Source: Terrimicrobiaceae bacterium (GTDB taxonomy: Bacteria > Verrucomicrobiota > Verrucomicrobiia > Chthoniobacterales > Terrimicrobiaceae). Taken from it: a stretch of DNA of 64,000 nt. A program made the position numbers and the translations under genes. Positions 55,703 to 64,000 of the stretch are shown here, one piece after another. Location of the stretch: assembly GCA_044342325.1 (NCBI GenBank), contig JBIIPZ010000006.1, positions 1 through 64,000 on the forward strand, read 5' to 3'. The notes beneath the pieces were generated by a model. That model was not told the origin of the DNA. It worked only from the letters and a program-made list of their open reading frames with translations, and made no database searches. Each line of letters starts with the position of its first letter. Position 1 is the first letter of the stretch.

Positions 55703-56170
55703 ATGTCCTTTGAAAAGTGCCTACTCGCGGCGCAGGGTTATCTGGAGCTTGGTATGCCGGTCGAGGCCATGGCGGAGCTTGATTCCATGCCGTCGGAAGA
55801 CAGGGAGGTCGAATCCGCTTTGCAGTTGCGGCTTTTCATCACCATGAAAAGCCACAACTGGGACGAGTCGCTTCGGATTTGCGAGCGGTTGCGGGAGATT
55901 TATCCGGAAGCTGTCTCGGGCTACATCCATGGCGCGTTCTGCCTGCATGAGCGCGGCAGCACTGATGCGGCATTGAAGCTTCTGCTCAGCGGACCGTCGA
56001 AACTCGCCGAAGAGGCGACCTATTTTTACAACTTGGCCTGCTACAGCGCGGTCCTGGGCGACTTGGAAAACGCGCTCGATTATGCCCAAAGAAGCTTCGC
56101 GATGGATGACAAATTCCGCGACATCGCAAAGTTGGATCCTGATTTGATCGAGCTACGAGGTCAGATGTGA
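55703..56170 (+). CDS. TPR-like protein
   Basis: AAQGYLELGM, YIHGAFCLHE, YNLACY and DPDL end motif. Confidence 0.8.
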   Translation: MSFEKCLLAAQGYLELGMPVEAMAELDSMPSEDREVESALQLRLFITMKSHNWDESLRICERLREIYPEAVSGYIHGAFCLHERGSTDAALKLLLSGPSKLAEEATYFYNLACYSAVLGDLENALDYAQRSFAMDDKFRDIAKLDPDLIELRGQM

Positions 56171-57309
56171 GCGGGGTGCGGCAGGCATTTGAAAAAAACT
56201 TCGCCGACGGTGTTGAGGTCGGTGCCGCTCTGGGCATTTTTCGTGGCGGCGAGGAAGTCGTCTCTCTTTGCGGAGGTTTTTGCGACTCGGCCCGCTCGGT
56301 GCCATGGAACGATAAGACGCTCGTTCTGATCTGGTCCGCCACCAAGGGCGTGGCTGCCGCCTGCACGCTCCATGCGATGCAGGAAGCGGGGGTGGATCTT
56401 CACACACGCGTTGCGGATTTCTGGCCGGAATTCGCGCAGGCTGGAAAGGGCGCGCTCACGCTTGGCCAGGTCCTCTCGCACCGCGCGGGGTTGTGCGCGC
56501 TCGAGGATCCCTCCGCGAATATTCTGGATCGCGAGAGCGTCGTGCGGGCGATCGAAAAGCAAACGCCCCTTCTGCCTGTAGAAGCGGGCCCAGCCTACGG
56601 ACCCAGGGTCTTTGGTTTTGTGTTGGATGAAATCCTGCGCCGCCTCGCGGGAGGAGAATCGCTCGCCGCCTATTGGCGCCGGGTTTTTGCCGAGCCGCTT
56701 GGCATCGACCTGTGGATCGGCCTTCCGGAAAATCAAAATGTCCGCGTAGCCACCATCCTCCCGCCGCGCGCGGGACCACCCGCTACGGGTGACGAGCTGT
56801 TTCTGAGGGCTTTTACCGATCCAAATTCCCTCACGCGCCGAGCCTTTGCCAGCCCGCCCGGCCTCTCTGGAATCTCTGCCATGAACGCCCCGCAAGTCCG
56901 GGCCGCCTCGCTCCCATCCATGGGAGGCATCGCCTCCGCGCAAGGCTTGGCGAAATTTTATGCCATGCTGGCCTCGGGCGGCTGCATTCAGGGTAAGGTC
57001 TTTTTCAAAAAACAAACGCTCGAGTGGATGTCCACCCGCCTTACGCAAGGCTTCGATCCTGTGCTCCAGCGGGAGATGTCCTTCTCAGCCGGCTTCATGA
57101 TGGATCCACTGGATGGGAACGGCCGCAAAATCCGCTCTCTACTTGGCCCCACGCTGTCCGCTTTCGGCCATGCTGGAGCCGGGGGAAGCCTGGGTTTTGC
57201 CGATCCGGAGCAAGGTGTCGGATTCGGTTATGTGATGAACCAAATGGAGAGCGGCGTGCTTCCTCATGAGCGCTGCACATCGTTGGTGCGCGCCTTTTAC
57301 GAGGGTTAA
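56167..57309 (+). CDS. beta-lactamase-family serine hydrolase/esterase
   Basis: SxxK (WSATKG), WPEF, LSHRAGL and FGHAGAGGS. Confidence 0.9.
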   Translation: MSGVRQAFEKNFADGVEVGAALGIFRGGEEVVSLCGGFCDSARSVPWNDKTLVLIWSATKGVAAACTLHAMQEAGVDLHTRVADFWPEFAQAGKGALTLGQVLSHRAGLCALEDPSANILDRESVVRAIEKQTPLLPVEAGPAYGPRVFGFVLDEILRRLAGGESLAAYWRRVFAEPLGIDLWIGLPENQNVRVATILPPRAGPPATGDELFLRAFTDPNSLTRRAFASPPGLSGISAMNAPQVRAASLPSMGGIASAQGLAKFYAMLASGGCIQGKVFFKKQTLEWMSTRLTQGFDPVLQREMSFSAGFMMDPLDGNGRKIRSLLGPTLSAFGHAGAGGSLGFADPEQGVGFGYVMNQMESGVLPHERCTSLVRAFYEG

Positions 57310-57917
57310 TTAATAATCGTCACCGAGGTCCCGGCCGGTGCGTTCTCGAAGAAAACTTTCACCATTCGCTCCGGCATGCGGATGCAGCCGTGGCTATCTG
57401 GAACGCCGGGGAGAAATCCTTGGTGCATGCCGACCGCCGTGCGGCCGAGTCGCATGAAATAAGGCATCGGAGAACCGGCAAAGCTTCCGCCGGGCGGCAC
57501 GGGATCTTTGACTTTGGACACATTTTTCACCAGCACATCGCCCTGGGCATTCACATAGTCGCCGTAAAGGTTCGAGACATGATCGGGATTTTTCTGGGTG
57601 ATCTTATAGGAACCGGTCGGGGTTCCATAGCCTTCGCGGCCGGACGAGATGGCGGAGACGCCAACGAGCTTCGATCCTTTGTAGAACGAAGCTTTTTGAT
57701 CCGAGAGGTCGATGACTATCGATGGCGCTCCCTGCACACCGTCGCCATCCCAGTAGGAATTTTTGTCGGCGAGTGTGGATTCCGCAGAGCGCGAAATGAT
57801 CGAGCCGTCGGTTCCGAGATAGCTGGTGCTGGTATTGGTCAGGCGTTTGTCGTAGTTCGCACAACCGGCGAGAAGCAGAGTTATTGCGGTGAGAACGGTG
57901 AAATCCTTGCGGGTCAT
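57306..57917 (-). CDS. L,D-transpeptidase family lipoprotein
   Basis: Lipobox LAGC; motifs ISSG..TPTG, MPYFMR and GMHQG..SHGCIRMP. Confidence 0.9.
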   Translation of the reverse strand: MTRKDFTVLTAITLLLAGCANYDKRLTNTSTSYLGTDGSIISRSAESTLADKNSYWDGDGVQGAPSIVIDLSDQKASFYKGSKLVGVSAISSGREGYGTPTGSYKITQKNPDHVSNLYGDYVNAQGDVLVKNVSKVKDPVPPGGSFAGSPMPYFMRLGRTAVGMHQGFLPGVPDSHGCIRMPERMVKVFFENAPAGTSVTIIN

Positions 57918-58070
57918 ATCTTGCGGCGGAATTAAACGCAGCGGCGGCACAGCGTCAAGTCACGGTGCATTCATTTCAAGGTGCCAAAGAAATTTCCCAG
58001 TAAGGCTTTTCATTTCAAAAACCCTTGTTCACACTCCGCCGAGCCTACCCCATTAAACACAAAAAAACTT

Positions 58071-59198
58071 ATGCCAGTAACAGCCAAAGGACTCGAAGGA
58101 ATCGTAGCAAACTCAACCAGCCTCAGTGATGTTCTCGGTCAAGAGGGCGTCCTCATTTATGCCGGTTACGACATCAACGAAATCGCCGGAAATGCCAGTT
58201 TTGAGGAGACGATTCACCTGCTCTGGCATGGGGAACTCCCAAACCGCGCCCAGCTCGACGCCCTCAGCAAAAAGCTCCGCGCGGCCCGCGAGCTGCCACA
58301 ACCAGTCGTGGACTTTCTGCGCAACGCCCCAAAAAACGCAGGGCCGATGGATGTCATCCGCACAGCTGTTTCGATGCTGGGCCTCTACGACGCGAATCCG
58401 AAGGACGAAAGCCCGGAGGCGAACTACAACCGCTCCGTCAGCATCACGGCAAAGATGGGTGTCATCACCGCTTATTTCCACCGTGCTCGCAAGGGGCTCG
58501 ACCTTCCACCCGTTCGCACGGATCTCGGCGAGGCGGCACACTTTCTCTATCTCATCAATGGCACCGAGCCGAGTGCTGAAGCCGCTCGCACGCTGGACGT
58601 CGCCTATGTATTGCATGCCGACCACGGCATGAATGCCTCGACATTCTCCGCTCGTGTAACCATCGCCACTCTGTCGGACATGTATTCCGCCATCACTTCG
58701 GCCATCGGAACACTCAAGGGACCGCTCCACGGTGGCGCAAACGAAGGCGTCATTCACATGCTGCAGGAAATCGGCAGCGAAGACAAAGTGGACGCTTGGG
58801 TTGAGACCCAACTCGAGCAGAAGAAAAAAATCATGGGCATTGGTCACCGGGTTTACAAAGTCCTCGACCCGCGCGCCCCGCATCTCCGCGAGATGGCCAT
58901 CATTCTCAGCAACCAACTCGGCGAGCCGAAGTGGATTCGCATGAGCGAGCGCATCGCCTCGATCATGAAGGAGCGCAAGGGCCTGAATGCGAATGTCGAT
59001 TTCTACTCGGCCACTGTTTACTACTCCATGGGCATCCCGACCGACCTCTTCACCCCGATCTTTGCGATCGCCCGTGCGGCTGGATGGACCGGCCATGTCA
59101 TGGAACAACTCGCCGACAACCGCCTGTATCGTCCTCTCAGCGAATACACCGGCCCGGCTGTTGGTAAGAAGTTCCAGCCGATAGACGGTCGTCCATGA
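58071..59198 (+). CDS. citrate synthase (short dimeric type; methylcitrate synthase not excluded)
   Basis: Motifs KGLEG, HADHGMNASTF, GPLHGGANE, GIGHRVY, DPR and NVDFYS. Confidence 0.93.
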   Translation: MPVTAKGLEGIVANSTSLSDVLGQEGVLIYAGYDINEIAGNASFEETIHLLWHGELPNRAQLDALSKKLRAARELPQPVVDFLRNAPKNAGPMDVIRTAVSMLGLYDANPKDESPEANYNRSVSITAKMGVITAYFHRARKGLDLPPVRTDLGEAAHFLYLINGTEPSAEAARTLDVAYVLHADHGMNASTFSARVTIATLSDMYSAITSAIGTLKGPLHGGANEGVIHMLQEIGSEDKVDAWVETQLEQKKKIMGIGHRVYKVLDPRAPHLREMAIILSNQLGEPKWIRMSERIASIMKERKGLNANVDFYSATVYYSMGIPTDLFTPIFAIARAAGWTGHVMEQLADNRLYRPLSEYTGPAVGKKFQPIDGRP

Positions 59199-59863
59199 CC
59201 CCACGCCTGCAGGCGCGAGGGCTTCGCAGGTCATTCCGCATAGGGGGGGCATCCATCGAGGTTCTACGGGGCATTGACATCGACATAGCCGCTGGAGAGT
59301 CCGTATTTCTCTGCGGTGCGAGTGGAGCGGGGAAGACGACGCTTCTCTACACTCTGGCGGGTCTAGAGACCCCAGAGGCCGGCACTGTGGAGTTTGAGGG
59401 CCACTCGCTCTATGGTCTATCTGGCAATGCGCTGGCCCGCCTGCGCAACAAGAGCATGGGTTTTGTCTTTCAATCCTATTTCCTGCTTCCAGAGCTGACC
59501 GCATTGGAAAATGTCCTGCTGCCAGCCCTCATCAGGGGAAAATCCGAACTCGCCCGTGGGCGCGATCTCTTGCAGCGCGTTGGTCTGTCTGGACGCATCG
59601 ACCACCTGCCGGCCGAACTCAGCGGCGGCGAACAACAGCGCGTCGCCATCGCTCGATCGCTCATCAACGACCCAGCCATTCTTTTTGCCGATGAACCCAC
59701 TGGCAACCTGGATTCCAAAAACGGCGAGGTGATCATCAATCTGCTTCTCGATCTTGCCAAGGCCGATGGACGCACTCTCGTCGTGGTCACGCACGATGAG
59801 AATCTTGCGAGCCGTGGCGACCGGCTAGTGCGGATCGTGGATGGCTGTTTAGCCACGAATTGA
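59195..59863 (+). CDS. LolD/FtsE-like ABC ATP-binding protein
   Basis: Motifs GASGAGKTT, LSGGEQQR, ADEPTGNLD and VTHD. Confidence 0.93.
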   Translation: MTPRLQARGLRRSFRIGGASIEVLRGIDIDIAAGESVFLCGASGAGKTTLLYTLAGLETPEAGTVEFEGHSLYGLSGNALARLRNKSMGFVFQSYFLLPELTALENVLLPALIRGKSELARGRDLLQRVGLSGRIDHLPAELSGGEQQRVAIARSLINDPAILFADEPTGNLDSKNGEVIINLLLDLAKADGRTLVVVTHDENLASRGDRLVRIVDGCLATN

Positions 59864-59864
59864 A

Positions 59865-60467
59865 ATGCCGCTCGATTATCCGCCCCCATTTAATGAACTC
59901 ACGCGTGAGTTGCGGCGTTTACCTGGTCTTGGTCCGCGCAGTGCCGAACGCTGTGCGCTCTGGCTCTTGGGACACAAGGATGCGCGCCCTGCGCCTCTGG
60001 CGGCAGCCATCACAGCGGCCTCGGCCTCGATCCACCCCTGCAAAAAATGCGGCTTCTTCGCCGTCTCGGAGCTTTGCGAAATCTGCCTCCAGCCGTCGCG
60101 ACAGGGGAAAGAAATCTGCATCGTCGAACAGGCCACCGACATCCTCCCACTCGAGCGAAGCGGAGTCTTTCAGGGGCTTTATCACTCCCTCGGCGGCCGC
60201 CTCTCACCGCTGGACCACATCGGCCCGGCCCAACTGCGCATTCAATCCCTGCTCGAAAGAATCCGCGAAGAAAACCCGACGGAAATCATCCTCGCCCTCA
60301 GCGCCGATGTCGAAGGTGAGGCGACGACGAACTATCTCACGGAAATCCTCGTGCCCTTGGAAATCCGCACCACCCGCATCGCACACGGACTCCCAGCCGG
60401 CGGCGGGCTGGAGCATGCGGATCAACTCACACTCCAGCGCGCGCTCACCGGACGTCGTCCGGCCTGA
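59865..60467 (+). CDS. recR: recombination protein RecR
   Basis: LPGLGPRSAER, C4 zinc finger, Toprim motif VE..D, YHSLGG and EGEAT. Confidence 0.95.
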   Translation: MPLDYPPPFNELTRELRRLPGLGPRSAERCALWLLGHKDARPAPLAAAITAASASIHPCKKCGFFAVSELCEICLQPSRQGKEICIVEQATDILPLERSGVFQGLYHSLGGRLSPLDHIGPAQLRIQSLLERIREENPTEIILALSADVEGEATTNYLTEILVPLEIRTTRIAHGLPAGGGLEHADQLTLQRALTGRRPA

Positions 60468-60481
60468 GTCCGACGGCGCAC

Positions 60482-62332
60482 CTACTCGACTGTCACGCTC
60501 TTGGCCAAGTTTCGCGGCTTGTCCACATTGCATCCGAGAGAGACTGCCGTGTGATAGGCGAGAAGCTGAAGGGCAATGGTGTTGAGAAACGGGCTCAGAA
60601 ATCCCAGTGCCGCTGGCAGGAGGATCGCCTCATCGCAGAGGGATGCGAGTGTGTTGTCGCCCTCCGTGCCGATAGCAATCACCGGACCCCGGCGCGCTTT
60701 GATTTCCTCGATGTTGCTCACGTTTTTTTCAAAGACATCATCTTGTGGAGCCAGGACGATGGTGGGTGTTTCGTCATTGATGAGAGCGATAATACCATGC
60801 TTCAGCTCGGCGCTTGGATGTCCTGATGAGGCGATGTAGGTGATTTCCTTCATCTTGAGTGCTCCCTCCAGAGCGATCGGGAAATTTGCCTGCCGGCCCA
60901 TAAAGAGAAAATTCCGGGTCTTGGCGTATTTCGTAGCGATGGCCGCGATTGCGGAATCTCGTTCGAGTGTGCGCGCAACGAGATCGGGAAGCCGCTCCAA
61001 GCTTTCGATGATTTCGGCCGCGTCGGCTTGCGAGAGGTCTCGGATGCGGCCGAGCATGAGTCCAAGCATGGCGAGAATCGCGAGTTCGGAGGTGAATGTC
61101 TTGGTCGCTGCCACCCCGATTTCAACCCCCGCACGGAGGCCGATGCCTCCATCGCTCTCGCGACTGATCGTGCTGAAGACATTGTTGCAAATGCCAAGTG
61201 TGAGGGCGCCTTTCCGCTTGCTCTCGCGCAAGGCGGCGAGCGTGTCGGCCGTTTCTCCGCTCTGGCTCATAGCAAAGACTGCGGTCTCCGGATCCAGCGG
61301 CGCGTTGCGGTAGCGGAACTCGCTCGCGTAGTCGCACTCCACAGGAATCCGCGCCAGACTCTCGATCATGTATTCCCCCGCGAGAGCTGCATGGAATGTT
61401 GTTCCGCAGCCAGTGAGGATGATGCGCTTCAGCTCGCGGAGCTGTTCGTTCGTGCGATGGAGACCTGTGAAACGGGCAGTGGATTCCTCGGGAATCAATC
61501 GGCCCTTCATGGCCTCGCGCAGAGTGTCAGGCTGCTCATGAATTTCCTTGAGCATGTGGTGTGGAAAAAGCCCTTTCCCTGTGGCGCGCGCCTCTACCTC
61601 GATTTTTCGGAGCTTCGGCGCAGCTGCCGTGCCGCCAGATACGGTGGCCAGATGGAAGGACTCGCCATCAAGCGCGGCGATGTCCTGATCCTTTAGGTAG
61701 ATGATATCCTGCACCCAGCCATCCAGAGCGGCAGCATCGCTCGCTATAAACTGGGCATCCTTTCCGATGCCCAGCACCAGTGGACTCCCGCTGCGCGCGG
61801 CGGCTAGGAACCGTCCGAGATCCGCATGGATGACAGCAATGGCATAAGTGCCTCGCACATGGCGCAGGGCTTCTTGCATCGCATGAAGTAGCGCTGAACG
61901 GTTTCGGTCTGCATTTTGATCAAATGCCTCGCCGATCAGGTGCGCAAGAACCTCCGTATCCGTCTGCGAGCGGAAGACATGTCCTCTGCCGGTCAGTTCG
62001 TCCCTAAGATGCTTGTGGTTTTCCACAACGCCGTTGTGCACGAGAGCCAGTCTGCCGGAGGCGTCCAGGTGCGGATGGGCGTTCTCGGTGGTCACGCTTC
62101 CGTGCGTGGCCCAGCGAGTGTGGCTGATGCCGGGATTCCCTTGCACGGGATTCCGCGCCACTTCGTCCACAAGCTGCGAGACACCTCCCACGGCCTTACG
62201 CGTTTTGATTTCATTTCCGCTCAACACAGCCACACCGGCCGAGTCGTAGCCCCGATATTCCAGACGACCCAGCCCCTCCAAAAGGAAGGGCAGGGTGTCT
62301 GTTTTTCCAATCGTTCCAACAATTCCACACAT
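60482..62332 (-). CDS. glmS: glutamine--fructose-6-phosphate aminotransferase
   Basis: Motifs MCGIVG, LEYRGYDSAG, HTRWATHG, SQSGETADT, ELKHG and PRNLAKSVTVE. Confidence 0.96.
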   Translation of the reverse strand: MCGIVGTIGKTDTLPFLLEGLGRLEYRGYDSAGVAVLSGNEIKTRKAVGGVSQLVDEVARNPVQGNPGISHTRWATHGSVTTENAHPHLDASGRLALVHNGVVENHKHLRDELTGRGHVFRSQTDTEVLAHLIGEAFDQNADRNRSALLHAMQEALRHVRGTYAIAVIHADLGRFLAAARSGSPLVLGIGKDAQFIASDAAALDGWVQDIIYLKDQDIAALDGESFHLATVSGGTAAAPKLRKIEVEARATGKGLFPHHMLKEIHEQPDTLREAMKGRLIPEESTARFTGLHRTNEQLRELKRIILTGCGTTFHAALAGEYMIESLARIPVECDYASEFRYRNAPLDPETAVFAMSQSGETADTLAALRESKRKGALTLGICNNVFSTISRESDGGIGLRAGVEIGVAATKTFTSELAILAMLGLMLGRIRDLSQADAAEIIESLERLPDLVARTLERDSAIAAIATKYAKTRNFLFMGRQANFPIALEGALKMKEITYIASSGHPSAELKHGIIALINDETPTIVLAPQDDVFEKNVSNIEEIKARRGPVIAIGTEGDNTLASLCDEAILLPAALGFLSPFLNTIALQLLAYHTAVSLGCNVDKPRNLAKSVTVE

Positions 62333-62344
62333 GACAGGTTTTGG

Positions 62345-63946
62345 TTACTTCAAGTTGCCGCTGAGCGGGGTGAAGGTGAAGCCGAGCTCCTGAAGACCGA
62401 TCACCGTTTTGCGAAGTTCCTGAGGGTCCAAATACCAGTGGAAGTAGAATCCCGCCCAACCATCGCGGACAACTTTCAGAGCCTTGGCGCGTTTCAGCAA
62501 ATCCTCCGATGTCGTCGGTGCTTGTAGCTCATACCAGCCAAAGGGATCGATGTAACCGATCGTTTCCGGCATGCGCTTGAGCCCATAGGTATCGCGGTAG
62601 ATGTAGGGCGAATTCAACTCTGTTGCCTGAGTCTTCCCAGTTGCGTCGTTGAAGAAGAAAATACCACGGTCACAGGCAAACGGGTGAATGCTTGCGAAGA
62701 CCTTGTAGTCAACCGGCGATGCCAAATAGTGAGGTGTGAGCCAGCCGACGGGGTTGAATCCCGCGTTCTTCAAGATGTTCAAACCACGGTTCACCCGGTT
62801 ACGGGCCCAGCTTGCCGAGTCCCCGGGGATGGGGCCGACAAGCGTGAGAAACCCCTGCTCATCTGCGGTGACGCGGTAGAATTCATAATCATCGCCGCTC
62901 ACGCCGGTGTAGGGATTCATGATTCCATCGATCTGGTGCGTTGTTCCGTGTTGAAGAACCTGCCCGCCCTCGCTGACCCAGCGCCGCATCTCTGCGGATA
63001 CCTGCGAGTTTTTGGTGATGCGGACATTTTCACTCACGCCATCATTGTAGATGCCGGACCAGTCACGATACTCGGGGATGAGGCTGATCGTGAATGGCAC
63101 ATTCAAGTCCGCCAGCGCATTGCCCAGCGATTTGAGGGTTGGCAGGTCGCAAACGGCGGCCACATCCTCGATTCGGAAGAAGGCGCGGTGGTTTTCCTCA
63201 TGATAAATCCCAAGCATGTCGTGGAGCAGGTCTGCAAAGGCGAGCGAGCGATTCTCGAATGTCGTTGAGATCATCGGCATGTCGGCGACGAACCAGAATT
63301 TCCCGCTCTGCACGATGTAAGGCCACTCGGTTCCGCCCTCATCCAAACACACCGCGTGGACGATCGCTTTCGACGGCTCGGTGATGCGAATGCGGCTTAA
63401 GCCGGCATCGAACGGATCCTTTTCCAGGTTCGTGTTTTTATAAACGACCGTGGGATGTTTCTCGCCGGAGTAGGACTCAAGCTGAAATCCATAGCGATCG
63501 CTGAATTGTGTGCGCGGTGCGTAGTTCGAAAGGTCCCACGCATAACGCCACAGGTTCACACCCATCCACACGAAAGGCTTCACAGTGTTCTCCAGATCGG
63601 TCTGGAATGCCGCAGGCAATGGCGATTCGTTCCACACAGAGGCGACATAAAATGCCGCGTCATTTGCAGCGATATCACCAGATTTGTATTTCGCCAGTGG
63701 CGTGCGGGTGACTTTGGCGTCAAAGTGCCCGAGCAGGTTTTGCAGCTTGAGAGAATAGATTTCCCCAAGCCAACCCCACTGGCCTTCGTTGTCATAGACG
63801 ACGAGTATGTTGGGTGTTGCTGGCAGTGTTTGGCTCTGCATTGGGGGTGGTGCGAGCAAAACCACTGCGGTGACGACCAAGGCGACGAGGCATCCACAGG
63901 GAATGACCATCGACAAGGATGAGAGTATTTTAGGTTTTGCGTTCAT
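62345..63946 (-). CDS. exported DUF2334-like polysaccharide deacetylase-family protein
   Basis: N-terminal TM/signal; NodB-like motifs RIEDV, QHGTTHQ, EF, PHY and FYFHWY. Confidence 0.8.
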   Translation of the reverse strand: MNAKPKILSSLSMVIPCGCLVALVVTAVVLLAPPPMQSQTLPATPNILVVYDNEGQWGWLGEIYSLKLQNLLGHFDAKVTRTPLAKYKSGDIAANDAAFYVASVWNESPLPAAFQTDLENTVKPFVWMGVNLWRYAWDLSNYAPRTQFSDRYGFQLESYSGEKHPTVVYKNTNLEKDPFDAGLSRIRITEPSKAIVHAVCLDEGGTEWPYIVQSGKFWFVADMPMISTTFENRSLAFADLLHDMLGIYHEENHRAFFRIEDVAAVCDLPTLKSLGNALADLNVPFTISLIPEYRDWSGIYNDGVSENVRITKNSQVSAEMRRWVSEGGQVLQHGTTHQIDGIMNPYTGVSGDDYEFYRVTADEQGFLTLVGPIPGDSASWARNRVNRGLNILKNAGFNPVGWLTPHYLASPVDYKVFASIHPFACDRGIFFFNDATGKTQATELNSPYIYRDTYGLKRMPETIGYIDPFGWYELQAPTTSEDLLKRAKALKVVRDGWAGFYFHWYLDPQELRKTVIGLQELGFTFTPLSGNLK

Positions 63947-64000
63947 AATTTTGGTTTTCCTGACGCTTGAACTTCACGGTGGGCGATGTGCCCCGCCATG

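Noticed and set aside
6890..59504. Long antisense ORFs (6890..8083, 8745..10388, 25164..26645, 29309..30574, 37946..39379, 40255..41694, 58113..59504 and others)
   Set aside because: Each mirrors a well-identified gene on the opposite strand and has no recognizable motifs. Such shadow frames are expected from GC-rich codon bias.
62333..62344. glmS ribozyme
   Set aside because: The intergenic space is only 12 nt.

Overview
This is bacterial chromosomal DNA, GC-rich and gene-dense. The gene complement and conserved hypotheticals suggest Verrucomicrobiota (Chthoniobacterales-like); that assignment is an inference. Most of the window is housekeeping: mnmG-trpA, pckG, a Zn/Mn ABC importer, lpdA, proS, an aspartate aminotransferase, rarA, pyrR-pyrB-pyrC, a 2-oxoacid dehydrogenase E1a/E1b/E2, rpmE-prfA, a COG0523 GTPase, argA, citrate synthase, recR and glmS, plus tRNA-Ser(GCT) and tRNA-Tyr(GTA). 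I found no CRISPR array, integrase or transposase. The most unusual signals are small-scale. (1) A REP doublet sits at the pyrB/pyrC junction beside a duplicated pyrC start, creating a 51-codon ORF that overlaps both the pyrB stop and the pyrC start and so appears to keep translational coupling. (2) Two tandem MscS-family genes are separated by a start-less, in-frame rpmE::prfA fusion scar that is far more conserved than the channel genes. (3) A PyrR binding loop lies over the pyrR initiation region with no attenuator. (4) Tandem REP doublets show compensatory base changes and a nested insertion. (5) An ABC ATPase homolog lacking its catalytic motifs is coupled to a squalene/phytoene synthase. 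(6) A histidine kinase-LuxR-CheB/CheR operon with no chemoreceptor in the window has a C15 tract upstream. (7) A bactofilin carries two zinc ribbons. All product calls come from motif recognition only; no database searches were run.
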